Positions 23,170 through 43,100 of a DNA stretch of 64,000 bases are shown here, piece by piece. The DNA comes from Bugula neritina (Eukaryota; Animalia; Bryozoa). A program made the translations under genes and the position numbers. Positions within the stretch are counted from its first letter, which is position 1. Each line of letters opens with the position of its first letter. The stretch covers positions 4,330,722 through 4,394,721 of the forward strand of contig OZ037766.1 of NCBI GenBank assembly GCA_964035545.1. The letters run 5' to 3'. The notes under the pieces are model-generated. The model was not told the origin of the DNA and searched no databases. It saw only the letters and a program-made list of their open reading frames with translations.

Positions 23170-26100
23170 ATGGATGATGATGGTGTAGTTGAAGTGAAAC
23201 CAGATGTTTTCACAGACCATGATTTAGCTAAATGTGAGTTTTGTTAGCTCATGAATTTTTTACAATATTGCTCTATAATTTTTCTGATTTTATCACTGTG
23301 TATATTTTAATTTGGGTTGATTTTTGTATCTAATTATCTGTACGGCTTTGCAGCCACTGCACCAACTCGTACCAGAGCTGACTCTGAGTCAGCGAGCAGA
23401 CAAGAATTTGTTATAGATCTCACTAAAGCTGTGCCTAACGACTCTCTGCCGCAGATAAACTCACCGGCAGAGCAAGAGGTTAATAGTTAACAGCTATTTT
23501 ACTCTCTCTACTACTCTTTACTAACTTTTATTCAGCTTGTAGCTAACTATTTACTAACTTACTACTTACTCTTTATTAGCTGTCCACTTACTCTTGAGTA
23601 ATAGTTTTCTACTTTTGATTCTTTAAATAATATATTATTTTACATTTTAATGCTGCTACAGGAATTTACTGGTAACTCTACTTAAGCACAATCAGAATAT
23701 GCTTTGCAAAACTAACTTCCGATATCTCTATACGCACGTAGAGCAAAATTCAACCCAACAATAAAATATAAAATAGGCAATAAGAATCTATTTCAAGTGT
23801 ATTTTTAGTTACTGGAATGGCATTGAATTAGTTTGTTACTCATGGAAACTGATCCAGAAATATATTCATTGAAAATGTTATTTTTGTTGTGGCATTTTTT
23901 AATAACCTTGTCATAGATATTTTCAGGTACAAATGTTCTTTTGTTCATGTAGAGTGAGAAATTATTTTTTTTAGATTATTGAAAGAGTCAACAAGTCTTT
24001 TAGTCGAAGTTCTTCAGTTACGGTTTCTTCTTTTACGGCTGTCATAGAGAAAGAGATGGCGCTCTACGACACTGAAGACATCGTGACTAAAGTCCACAAG
24101 CCAGAGAAAGTGGTGAAACCGATGGAGTCATTTGTGATCTACACTGTCTCTACTAAGGTTGACATGTAACTTTCTTCTATGGTGTTTTCCAATATAAATA
24201 TAGCACCGATATAAATATAGCACCAATATAAATATAGCACCAACATAAATATAGCATCAATATAAATATAGCATCAATATAAATATAGCACTGTTTCATA
24301 GTATTTCTTGCTTCATGTGTTGCACTGTAGGATGTTGATTGGTGCACTTGGCTCAAATTTGTTTTACTGTTTGCAAGTGTAGCCAAGCTTAAAGCTTGTA
24401 ACGAGATGTTATCATAATACAATTGGAGGTAGGCGCATTAATGGCAAAGATGAAAAAAGCCTGAATTTTAGATTAAAAATGTAACAAAAAAGTCATGCTT
24501 TCACAAGAGTTTCAACCCACTCCCTAATATTATTAATAATTATTAATAAATTATTAATAATATTAGCCAAAAATTATTAATAAATTTAAAAAACTTGGGC
24601 TATGAAAAAGCTTCTCTACCACTTCACCTAGATGCACCTAAATAGTTTGTATTATAATATACTCTACATGTTTATATAAGGCAGTTTTCACATATAAATA
24701 TTAGCCAGGATAAATGAAAAACAGCACATATATCTGTCACAGTCATTTTTGAGATCAATTCGCACAAAGTTCACACCAGTTTACGTATTTCCCTTGCACT
24801 TGCAGACGACCAGAGAAGAGTTCAGTGAGCCAGAGTACACGGTGAAACGGAGATACAACGATTTCCTGTGGCTTCACGACCAGCTGTCGCAGCAGCACCA
24901 CCTGTTGATATTACCTGTGAGTCAAATGAGATGCTCAACCTTGCATATTACTTCTCTGTAATTGAATCTCTCTCGAGTTAGAGTCAAGTCTCTTCAGAAT
25001 ATCTCTCGATTTAGAGTTGAGTCTCTTCAGAATATCTCTCGAGTTGGAGTCGAGTCTCTCTTGAGTTAGAGTTGATTTTCTTCAGAATACCTCTCGATTT
25101 AGAGTCAAGAACCTGACTAGACATGCTAATTTAATATTTTAAGATTTGAAAGCACCCAACCATTTGGCTACAGCTTTTTCTAGAATTATGCTATCGTGTA
25201 GTCGGCACCTCTACTGGTCACAAGACGATTACACACCATAGAATAGAATGTTCGGTAATTTGTAAAAGTGTTTTTTGCCTCGAGTTTGTAAAATTGAGCT
25301 CTCTTTTGACCGAACTATATAGTGTGTTACTTTCTGTATGAAGTTAGAGTAAGACCTCACTGAATATAAACTGTATTGTTTGATGTGGAACTTCAAGTAC
25401 CTACGTGCTCATTAATTATTAATGTGACTGTATTTAGTGTTATGTAATGTTACTAGGTATTTCACCGTGTGATTAACCTTAGAGGTAAGCTGCATTAACA
25501 TCACTAGTTAGTAATTACGTGACATGAATCACTCGTCCTTTTACTGCAATCACATATGGCAATGGAATGTTTTCATCACCTCTCACCTGTAACATATCAA
25601 CATGTAAACAATATCCTGTGACAGTTTTGCCAAGCTGGCTAGTGCAAGTGCACTGATGCAGCATGGTGTACGACATACGTGGAAAATGATGCTACCTGAC
25701 AAATCTTGTTATCTCACACACTGCTTAGTGGTACAGAATTTGTAGTTAGTTTTGGTTTATAACTTGTTTTAGTATACGGGTTTGGGGCGTGTTTGCTGTG
25801 TTTCGCAAGCAGACAAATTCTGATGCTGCAAATATTAAGCAACTGCAACTTTGCATTCTCCTTGTGTAGTTTCCTCTGCAGAAACACACCCTTTGCTGCC
25901 AATTGTTTACTGTTTGCTGTCTACTGCAGCCTCTACCTGAGAAGCAGCACCTGACGCTGGACAGGTTTGACAAACAGTTCATAAGTTACCGGGAGGCAGC
26001 GTTGTGCCGGTTCGTCAGTAGACTGTGTCAGCACCCTCTCTTCTCTTACAGCAAGTTCCTGCAGGCCTTTCTCACCCTTGAACCCAGTGTAAGTGTGTTT

Positions 26101-29100
26101 CTGTAAGTGTAGGGAAGGTGTAAGTTTGTTTCTGTAAGTGTAAGTAGAGTGTCAGTGTGTTTCTGTAAGCGTAAGTAGAGTGTAAGTGTGTTTCTGTAAG
26201 TGTAAGTAGAGTGTAAGTGTGTTTCTCTAAGTGTAAGTAGAGTGTAAGTGTGTTTCTCTAAGTGTAAGTGTATTTCTGTAAATGTAAGCATATGACTGTA
26301 AGTGTACGTATGTGCCTTATGTAAGTGTAAGTGTGTCCTTTGTAAGTGTAAGTATTTGTCCATATGTGTAAGTATATTGGTAAGCTAGAGCCACGTGGAG
26401 TGAAACTTGAAGTATGAAACCATATGCTGTTAAAATATGCTGCGGGAGTCACCTGTTAGTCCCTTCCAGGTGCTGAGTATTTTGAGATGGGTGCTATTAT
26501 ATAGGTGAGAGGTGTGTGCCAGGTGTAATGTGGTGTGTGGTGAGCAGAAATATATTTTTACAAAGTTGTGTAAAGCTACTTGTAGTTTTGTACTACTGAA
26601 TGACAGGTGATGCCCTCATATTCTCTCTATATAAAGCCTACCAGTATGAAAGTTGATAGTTGTACATGTTGTAGTAGCACATCATATACACCACATGCTG
26701 TTAGCATACTCTGTTTGTTTCTCTTGCACTGATCTTTTATCTGCTTACCATTTAATTTAGGAAAATGTAAAATAAAAGTGTATAATCTATGAGATGTTGT
26801 CCTTTGAAGCATATGACAGATATAGCCTCTACTTCAAAGGAGAGCCCACATAGCTAGTTTTACTATGAAAAGTGTTACATTGTGAACTATATATAGTCAC
26901 TAATGAGGCTTTAAAATTAATGTTACTTGCTATGTCAATTTTGTAACATTCAAGTTAGTAAACAACTTCTCTAGCATGCATAATTAACAAATAACAGAAT
27001 ATCTGTAAATATGTAACTCCACATTTCAATTTTTTAACTTTACATATTTTTATTTCGAAAATATTATCCATTTTAACTCTTAAATGGGAATTTTCTCCTC
27101 TTTGATATGTGAAAAACCATGTGTTTTTATAAAAGCTGTGTTTTAAGCTTTGTTTAATACAAATATCTCTAACTAAAAGTTGTCTTCCCTTGCCACTATA
27201 TGTACTGACTTCTCAGAGTGTAAATTATTACATTGATTCAACCTTGACCTGTGGTTTTGCAGGCATTTAGCAGGTATAAAAGGCAGAGCAGTAGCTCTAC
27301 ACCACTGAGCATTGTCTCCTATCTCCAGTACCCCTACAGTTCCTATAAGAACTCAATCACGCCCAGCTACGAGCACCAGGCTCTCTATAAGTACGCTGAC
27401 AAGTTTGGTGAGAAGATGGCTGCCTTAGAGAAAATTACTCACAATTTAGTACAGCGTCAATCTGGTGGGTGGAGTTTGCATAAATTGCTGCAAGCATTAT
27501 ATAAATATCTTGCTATATTTTAATTGTACATTACGACATTTATTTACGTAATGTCATTTGCTTTGCGGATTGTTTAGTAGTGTTGAATGCAATCAGTTGT
27601 ATGTATTTTATAGTTTTACCTGCGGAGGCTGCCATCTTTAGACCACATAAAAGTATTACAACACTGTTTTTTATTTTATTTTGGTTTTGCTATTAAATAC
27701 TAAACGTGGTAACTGGTGCTTACCGTACTGTTGAAGTTATCATAGTTTGTTAACAGTTGATGTACACCAACTGCACACAATTTGCATACAGCAACTTATA
27801 TCATATGCATTTGTTTCAAGTTAACTTTTAAAAATTGTTAGCCTAATGTTATAAAACTAATATTATTTTATAGAATATGCTGTGTGCAGCATGAGTTCAT
27901 AACTCCATGTTGTTTCAGATTATGCCAAGTCTATGGCGGCTTACAGTAGTGCATATAACCAGTGGGCATCAAGTGAAACAGAGCTGGCCTCTCCCTTGCA
28001 AGCAGTGGCTGAGCTGTATGATCACATTCTTATCACTGTTCATGAACTGGTAAACTATGCCATCTTATAATCATGCTATTAATTGTCTTTGATAAAATTA
28101 AATTAATTTTGTTCTAACTATTAAGTAAATCATGAGTCATTTGAGACATACAAGTAAAAGAATCTAATTTCTCTTCAAGTTGAAAGACTACAGATTACGT
28201 TGCGTGAAAAAAGCTGTGATTGAACTCCATGCAGTTTTGTACAATGTGATTTAGTTTTACTTTTCATGTATTTTTCTATGTCATATATTGTAATAATATA
28301 ACATCTATAGTAATATATAATACAATGTGACATTTATTTTGATATATAATATAACATATATAATATAACATCCATAATATTATATAATATAATATAACAT
28401 AATATATCACGTGATATTAAATATTTCAGATAGACCGTACACCTATCACTGTCTCTTTATCATTCAAGGAATACTATCTGTTTTCAGCTGTTATAAAGGT
28501 AGGCTATTTAATATCCATTACGATATGTTTTTTATGACATACAGTAACGTAATGTGGTTACTAAATCAATTATTGATATTAATTACTGCTGAAAACTTTC
28601 ACATGGAGACATTCTCGTGCCAACTCATTCTAGTTACTTTGACTAGCTTGCTAAGTCATTATGTTATTTCACGCTTTTATTATGTTTACACATTTATATA
28701 ATAATGTTGCACTTACTTTTGCATTATTTCAAGTTTACTTGAAATCTATTTTTTTTAATAATTTTTGTTTCAAGTTATGTTTCTTCTTTGTTAGTCAAGT
28801 TTAGACAAGAGAGACTACGAGCAATACAGGTTTGAGAAGTCTCTAGCAATGGTCAAAGGTCAGGGGGAGTCTTCTAATAATCCCCAATCTCCAGCCTTGA
28901 GCGCCTCGGTAATGACTGGATTTTTATAACACATACACTTTATTCAGCAGTGTTCAACCAAATTACTCAAGCTTTCAGGCAAATTGTAGATTCATAAATT
29001 TAAACTCGAATGTTTTTTACATGTTCAACTTATGTTAATGTTATTTACATAGGAGATTTTATTGCTTTCTAAATTATTGTGATTCTTGTTCATCTAAATA

Positions 29101-30816
29101 TTATACTAAATATCGGATCATCTGCTGGCAGCCATAACCAAAAAGTTACAATACACATTGAATATCTGTGCTATTTGCATGACTCATAGTGTAATGGTAT
29201 AGTATCAGTCATGACTCATAGTGTATTAATATATCAGCCATGAATCATGGTGTATTGGTATAGTATCAGCCATGACTCATAGTGTATTAATATATCAGCT
29301 ATGACTTATAGTGTATTGGTATAGTATCAGTCATGACTCATAGTGTATTGGTATGGTATCAGTCATGACTCATAGTGTATTGGTATAGTATCAACCATGA
29401 CTCATAGTGTATTGGTATGGTATCAACTATGAGTTATGCAATAACCTGATGAGTGAGTGTTATCCTTGTGTATTTCATTAGATGTCTGACAGTAACAGAA
29501 CGTGTGTTGCTGCTTCATTGGCTAATGACAAGTCAGCTGATGGAAAACCTAAACATGTGAGTATATTATACTAGCACATGCTTACCCGTTTGTCAAGTGA
29601 TGAGATGTCTATTACATGATATAGATCCTAGACATGTGATATGTTCTTCTATGTTTGCACACATGGGGGCTTTTATGCTGAGGAAAACAACTATGATAGG
29701 ATACTTTAATGTTGAGTTTGATTAGCTATGTTTTATTAGGTAGAGGTGCTGGCCTAGCACAGTGCATGGTGCAGTAGGCTGTAGTAAGTGATGTGAGAAA
29801 AGGCAGTCGGCCTGTGTCACTTTAGAAGTTGTTAAAATGAATGGGGGTGAGGTATCTAACTGCGTTGAAAAATATCTTTCATCGTCAGAATTTCAACTAG
29901 CATAGTCCATTTACTGTTGCGTCTTGTTTGGGAATTTATATTCTAATGTTTCTGCTTGCTTTGCTCCGGTTTACCTAGTATTGTTAGTCTAAATGTAGTC
30001 ATTATTGTTAATAATAGTAAAGTGATGCCTGCCTTTAAAGAAGTGAAAGGTTAGCACTTCTGTTTACAACAAAGTATATTGTGTGTATATTGAAACTTGT
30101 ATTAAGCAATTTTGTGTTGACATTTCAACAAAATTTTGTCTGACAACTTGCTCTATCAAGCTATAGACTAACTGTTTACTAGTCAAGTATGTCTAGCGGG
30201 AATCTTCCACTTGTGTATTGCTAGGAATTCGGAGAGGCAGATGCGAGAGACAAGCTAGACAAGGCCAATGCCGAGATTGAGGCAGACTTCCAGAGGTGGA
30301 ACATCAACAAGAACCGTGACTTGAGGAATTGTATAGAAGAGATGGCCTCGAGGAATATTAACTTCTATGACTCCGTATGCATGTCTTATTTATCCTTGAC
30401 CTTAGTGAATATATGTGCTGTGTTGAATAAATCTTTCAGTTAGACTGTTTGCCATCTCCCACTATTTCTATGCGAGGTAGCTGCAGTTTCTAGCCTAATC
30501 CTAACACTTGTTTTACAAAATGTTTCTTGTCTTGAATTTTATTAAATTTTCTTTTTTTCACCAGGTTATTTAAACTCACAATAAGTGGAAAGTGTTTCAA
30601 CCAATATGTTAGCACTGATGTCTCACTAGAATATTTTTCTTGTACCGTTAGATGGTATAACTTGTTTGTCGTATTAATTGTTATTTACGTTTATAGTGGT
30701 TGATAACATTGTCATTCTATTTTTAGCAACTCAGCTGTTTGGAGTCTTTGTTGAAAAAATTAAAAGAGCGCAAGTTTCAAAGCTCACCACTCATCAATCA
30801 AAGACGGGGCGTATGA
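23170..30816 (+). CDS. SNX30: Sorting nexin 7/30 (PX-BAR)
   Basis: Exons 23170-23233, 23354-23478, 23975-24157, 24806-24916, 25930-26088, 27263-27464, 27919-28049, 28430-28498, 28795-28908, 29482-29556, 30225-30374, 30727-30816. PX domain: KPEKVVKPMESFVIYTVSTKTTR..VKRRYNDFLWL..LPPLPEK..DRFDKQFISYR..HP. BAR domain: WASSETELASPL, KEYYLFS, KRD, ANAEIEADFQRW..MASRNINFY. The true start may lie in an upstream exon; SNX7 versus SNX30 cannot be resolved. Confidence 0.88.
24190..24291. repeat. 17-bp minisatellite, 6 copies (caatataaatatagcac)
   Basis: Direct inspection; inside a SNX intron. Confidence 0.9.
24965..25108. repeat. About 33-bp minisatellite (tctctcgagttagagtcaagtctcttcagaata)
   Basis: About 4 imperfect copies in a SNX intron. 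Confidence 0.8.
26089..26385 (+). repeat. 31-bp GTAAGT-rich minisatellite beginning at a SNX splice donor
   Basis: Unit gtaagtgtgtttctgtaagtgtaagtagagt; starts at the first intron base. Confidence 0.9.
29178..29433. repeat. 28/32-bp minisatellite (catgactcatagtgtattggtatagtatcagt)
   Basis: About 8 copies in a SNX intron. Confidence 0.9.
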
Positions 30817-31960
30817 CAGGACGTACCCTCCTTTACTAGCTGCAATGTCGAAACCCAACTCGAATAAAGATATACATAAAACTTCTAGCATTTCATCTTG
30901 TGAAACCTGCATTCCACAAGGTTTATATTATTATTTATAGTATATATATTACTTTTTCTTAATTTATTATAAGTTTTTTTAAAGCTGAAACGGCATATAG
31001 CATGACGTATTATACTCTTATCTATATACAGTCCAGCGTACTCTATTCTTGAGTGACATGCCTAGTAGACAAATCTAACAAATTTTGTTTTCACAACGAG
31101 ACTTGATTTATATATACAACCAGATACTCTTTTAGTTTACTGTTTTAATATATCAATTATTTAGATCTGTACATATAATTGAAAGTCATTGAGCTAGAGA
31201 GTCAAAGGGTTTGTATATCTGTAACGTAATTAATGCTGTTGTATATTTTAGTCATGATATTTTCTTTTCAAAAGGGGATGTTGATCTGAATGATATATGT
31301 TACCTATCTTCTGTGCAATTGTGTTCATTCATTTATACGTATGTCCCAATTACTGGTGGTTATTGATTTTACTGCACATGTAAGTGTAGAAAGACATTAT
31401 TTGTGTTGATGTATATTTATATTTGCTGTTAATTTTTATCTGGTAGTAAAAAGTTGCTTCTGTATTTGAGTTACATCTTAGATCAATGATAGTAAATTAA
31501 TTTGATTGGAGGATTTTTTCTCTTAGTTCAGGCTTATATTTGTTGTGCATTTTTGCATTTTACACTGAAATGATCTGAGTTTTTTCAATAATTTAGCCTT
31601 TAATTTGTATGTGTAAAGCTTGGTGCTGTGTATTGAATATTTAGCTGCTTCTACTTAAATCGGTGTTGCTTTACCTTTTATACCTGTTTAGATCTACTCA
31701 TTGAAGATTATGGGTCTTATTTAAATAAACACAATAACTATCCTCATTTTAGTGTTCATTTCATTAGTTATTTGTTATTAATAACACATAAATGTTATAC
31801 AATCGTGGTTGGGTCTGTAAACAGTTTCCTGTAAAAGTTGACCAATAAGATTTATAAGCTCAATAGAACATCTAAAAATAGAACATCTGATAAATAGTGT
31901 AACATTTTGGTACAGAACTTGAATATTGTTAACGACTTGAAAAGTGTTGGTCTAAGCATT

Positions 31961-38979
<7,019 letters not shown>

Positions 38980-40150
38980 TGTTAGAAACTTCTTGAAAGT
39001 CACAAAACATAAACTTGAAACACTTTGCTAGGAAATGAGAGAATAAAGCTTAGAGAATAACTGACACCTATGCCAAGCAGTGACCTCTCCTATTATCTCA
39101 ACAAGGGGGTGTCGCATTTCTATTAGATTATAAACAGTTATTATGTTGAAGCTCCTATCACTTTATGGTATCATCATGTGCACCACCCACTCTAGATCAG
39201 CTAGTATATATACTAGATGTGTATAATATGTATACATAAGTATGTATATACATGCAGTTATGCCTGGATTTGAGCACAAAACTGTAATGACCAGCGAATT
39301 ATTTTGCTTTTTAACATTACTACTCTATTACCAGAGAAACCATTCTTAGCAAGAGTTATCTTTTCTTACTTGGGTATTGTCTTAATTAAATAGTTTGATT
39401 TCTGTTCCCTATCATTTAGTTATAAAATGCCAATTCATAAATAGAATAATTATACAACTATAGTTTATTAAAGTAACCTTGAAAATATTATAACCTCATG
39501 AAAATGAATGGTACGATAAGCTATAAGCAAGCATGCCATTCAGTGCTGGACATACATATAGATGAGCTCATATAATAAGGTCACAATAGTGTAGACAGTT
39601 GACAAAATTTTTTAATATTTAAAATTTTAATAAAAAGAAGTCTACGTATTAATAGTTATATATTAATAGATTCACATTAATCAATTTTTGCTGGAGCTTT
39701 CCATAATGTTGATAGGTTATTCATTTGTGTTATAACACCAGCTGGCTGGCACTCATTTGATAAGTCTGAAAATATTGTAATATACGCATAAAGTGTAATG
39801 ATTAACAACAGAAGTTATGACAACAGTTTAAAATTGCCATATCACTTCCCCCCCCCCAGCTTTAAAGAAGTAGTTGGTATTTATAACTTTTCAGTTCTCA
39901 TTGAGTTTAGTCAAACTCAGTTTAATATTTTCTAGCATTGGGTATATACACACTTCAGATACTAATTACATTTGCATGCATAACGCAAACTGCACATACA
40001 ATATTCACAGTAAAACGCATAGCCTAGCATCACCAGCACATTTTAGATGCTATGTACGCCAAGCCATCCTTCACAGCTCAAAATTAAGCTAACAATAAAG
40101 AACCAGCAGCAGTATTACAGCTCTACCGCATTGCAATCAGATTGTTGAAT

Positions 40151-43100
40151 ATGAAGAAGAAAATGACAGAAGAGAACTTAGGTCTGGTGGCTAACGAGAA
40201 GTGTGGAGGAGTAGAGCATGGTATAGAGCAGAAGACAAACAGACACGCTGACATTGACTTGTATAAGAGAAGATGGTGGATATTATTTGTCTACTTCTTT
40301 GTGTCTGTAGTACAGGGAATTCTCTGGAACACCTGGGCACCCATGACTGATGCTGCAGTTGTGGCCTTTGGTTGGTCCGAAGGACAGGTGGCTGCCATTC
40401 CAGCTGTTGCTAATTTGTCTTTTATACTTCTTGCTTTTCCAACCCTGTATCTCATTGAAACATATGGTAAGCCAATTGCAGCACACTGCTCTGGGTAGAG
40501 GTCCTAATAGCTGCTAGTAATGTTTAGATTGCTGCAGAGTTGCTTTATATTCTTAAGAATTTTTGGTGACAAATGTTTTTATATGTGAAGTACACACTCT
40601 GTCTCTAAACCTGCTGTCAATAAGACCTAGGGGCCTTTAAAGTAAAGCAAGAGTAATTTTGTCTCAATACCTTTTTCTGGGCATTGATCAATGTCCTTGT
40701 TAATGTTTGCTCTATAATCTATACTAGGCAGGAATTTGCTTGTAACATTGTTAAATTTCATATAGTGGTGAAATAGCGTTTGAAAGCATGAAGAAGAAAT
40801 ACAATTTGCCTTTAATTGTTTTCATCTATCAACTTAGTACAATTCATGCAGACCCCATAGAAGCTTGTTAGGCTTAATTATTTTAATCTCAAATAAAATA
40901 ATGCACAAGTTGCTCTTTTAGGTATTCGAGGACCTTTCATAATAACTGTCACTTCGTTGGTGTTAGGAGCTGTATTATGGGCTATAGGGGTGAGGATGGA
41001 TTTATACAGGTACACATGCAGTTTCTAACCTTGTAATACTGTCCTGACTTGAGATATATGTAATCATTATGCTGTCTGACATATTCAATAGAAAGCATAT
41101 TGGTTCCACTATGTATATCTTTGATATTTATACATTTGCATTGCTTTGAAGCTAGACTTTGGGTAACAAAGCTATTACATATGCAAAATTAAATGTAACT
41201 TCTTGTTTAATTTTCATATCTTCTCTAAAAATAAATGAACTCACAAACTAATCTTTTAAAAACTCAAACAAATTTTTGTTATATGATTTTATATTCAAAC
41301 AAAATTATTCCACTGATTTTCCTACAGCAAAGTGCAATCTGGAAAAGTGCAGGCATTTACTGATTTTGAGACAACATATAAAAACCCAGTAATCAAAATT
41401 CATTATTTATATCAAAATAAGATTTTAGATTAAACAATTATTGTATTCATGTTTTTGTTTTATAATAAATTATAGTTGCATAGCATTCTATAAAACATGA
41501 GGTGTTAACTAATCACAACTAGCAAAACATATTAAATGTTTTATAATTCACCAAATTATAATTTTATTATGGTTCAGCTCAAAGCTAAAATAATACAATA
41601 AAGCTTCAAATAAAGTAACTCTTATATGCACAATGTATAGAAGACATAATATTTAAAATATTTGATCCAATTATTTAGTTTGGCAGTAGTTGGAGCATCG
41701 TTTGTTGGGATTGCAGCCTGTGCTCCTCTGATAGCCCCCTCATACTTCTCAGTAACCTGGTTTCCTGTATGTGAAAGAAACACGGCTACAGGGTTTGCAG
41801 CAATAGGAGCCTATCTTGGAGTAGGCTTGGCTTTCATCACTGGTAGGTCATGTGCATCATTGAGTTGGAGTATCAATAGAGCTCTAGAATATTCTTTCAT
41901 AACTTTTCTGTCATCTGTTTAAAAACAAATTTAATTTTTGTACCGGAGGTTTCAATTGTAATTCACTCAATATTATAGTTGACATTTTTATAAACCTCAA
42001 CTTCACGTGGGTTTATAGTGACTATCGCTGTGAGAACCCCTGATGGGAAAGTTTTTTTAAAATGGGCTGAGGAGTTTTTTTAATGTGCCACAAAAGCAAT
42101 TATGACTGGATGCTCTTCTTAATATCACTGCTGGCGTTTGGACTCGAACCACTGAGCCACGGCTGCTCCCCTTTAGAAACTTTAAACAATTTATGCTATT
42201 TATATGCTGCAACTGTTATTCCTTACATGCTTTGGTGTAGCAGCGAGGACTTCATAGCACTGTTTATTGAACATTAATATAATTGTGTTACTTTGAGCAT
42301 TGATTAGGCAACAGGGTATATGTTTCTAAACACAGCATAATAATTAAGTTATATTTAAGACTGGCTTAATTAATGGGACAACTCTTCAACACTTTACATG
42401 TTTTATTTAATTATAGCACATAAAGTAAATCTCATTTAACTATTTGGCATTACCGCATCTTTCCAGCACTGCTCTTGATTATGAATATACATGAAGCAAC
42501 TTATATTAGCATAATATACAAGCATATATAGCCATAGTCATAACTATAGTGCCATTTTAATTAACTAGTTATACAAAATTTAACTCATCCACTATGCAAA
42601 TGAGTAACAGTTAATTTTTTGAACTCTAAAGCCAAAATACTATTAAACCAAACACTGAAAGAAATAAAGCTTTTCCATGTCTACACGCACCTCAATGAGA
42701 TAATGGAACAATGAGAGAGTGGGTGCGATAGTGAAATACTCTATTATGCTGTTGTATATTATTGTATTAATATATATGGTAATCATGATATATTACAGTT
42801 TACAGCAGCCTATATTAGATAATATATAATGCTGTGGGCATACAACATATTGTTTACACAAAGCTTCACTCACATTTATAACATTATAAGTTCATGTTTA
42901 AATTTAATTATATCTTGAGTATATAAAATGGCCATACTGAATTATATTATATTGTAATACTTTATTGATTTATATTAAATAAAATTATTATATTATTTGA
43001 ATTTTATGTAATAAATATGAGATAAGATGTAAATACTGTTGCAAAAACTGCTTTACTTAAAGTTAATTTTTGATCACAATTATGCCGTTCTGTAATAAAA

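Noticed and set aside
29178-29433. CRISPR-like array (also 46615-46940, 52670-52998)
   Set aside because: Head-to-tail minisatellites without unique spacers, in eukaryotic introns, with no cas genes.
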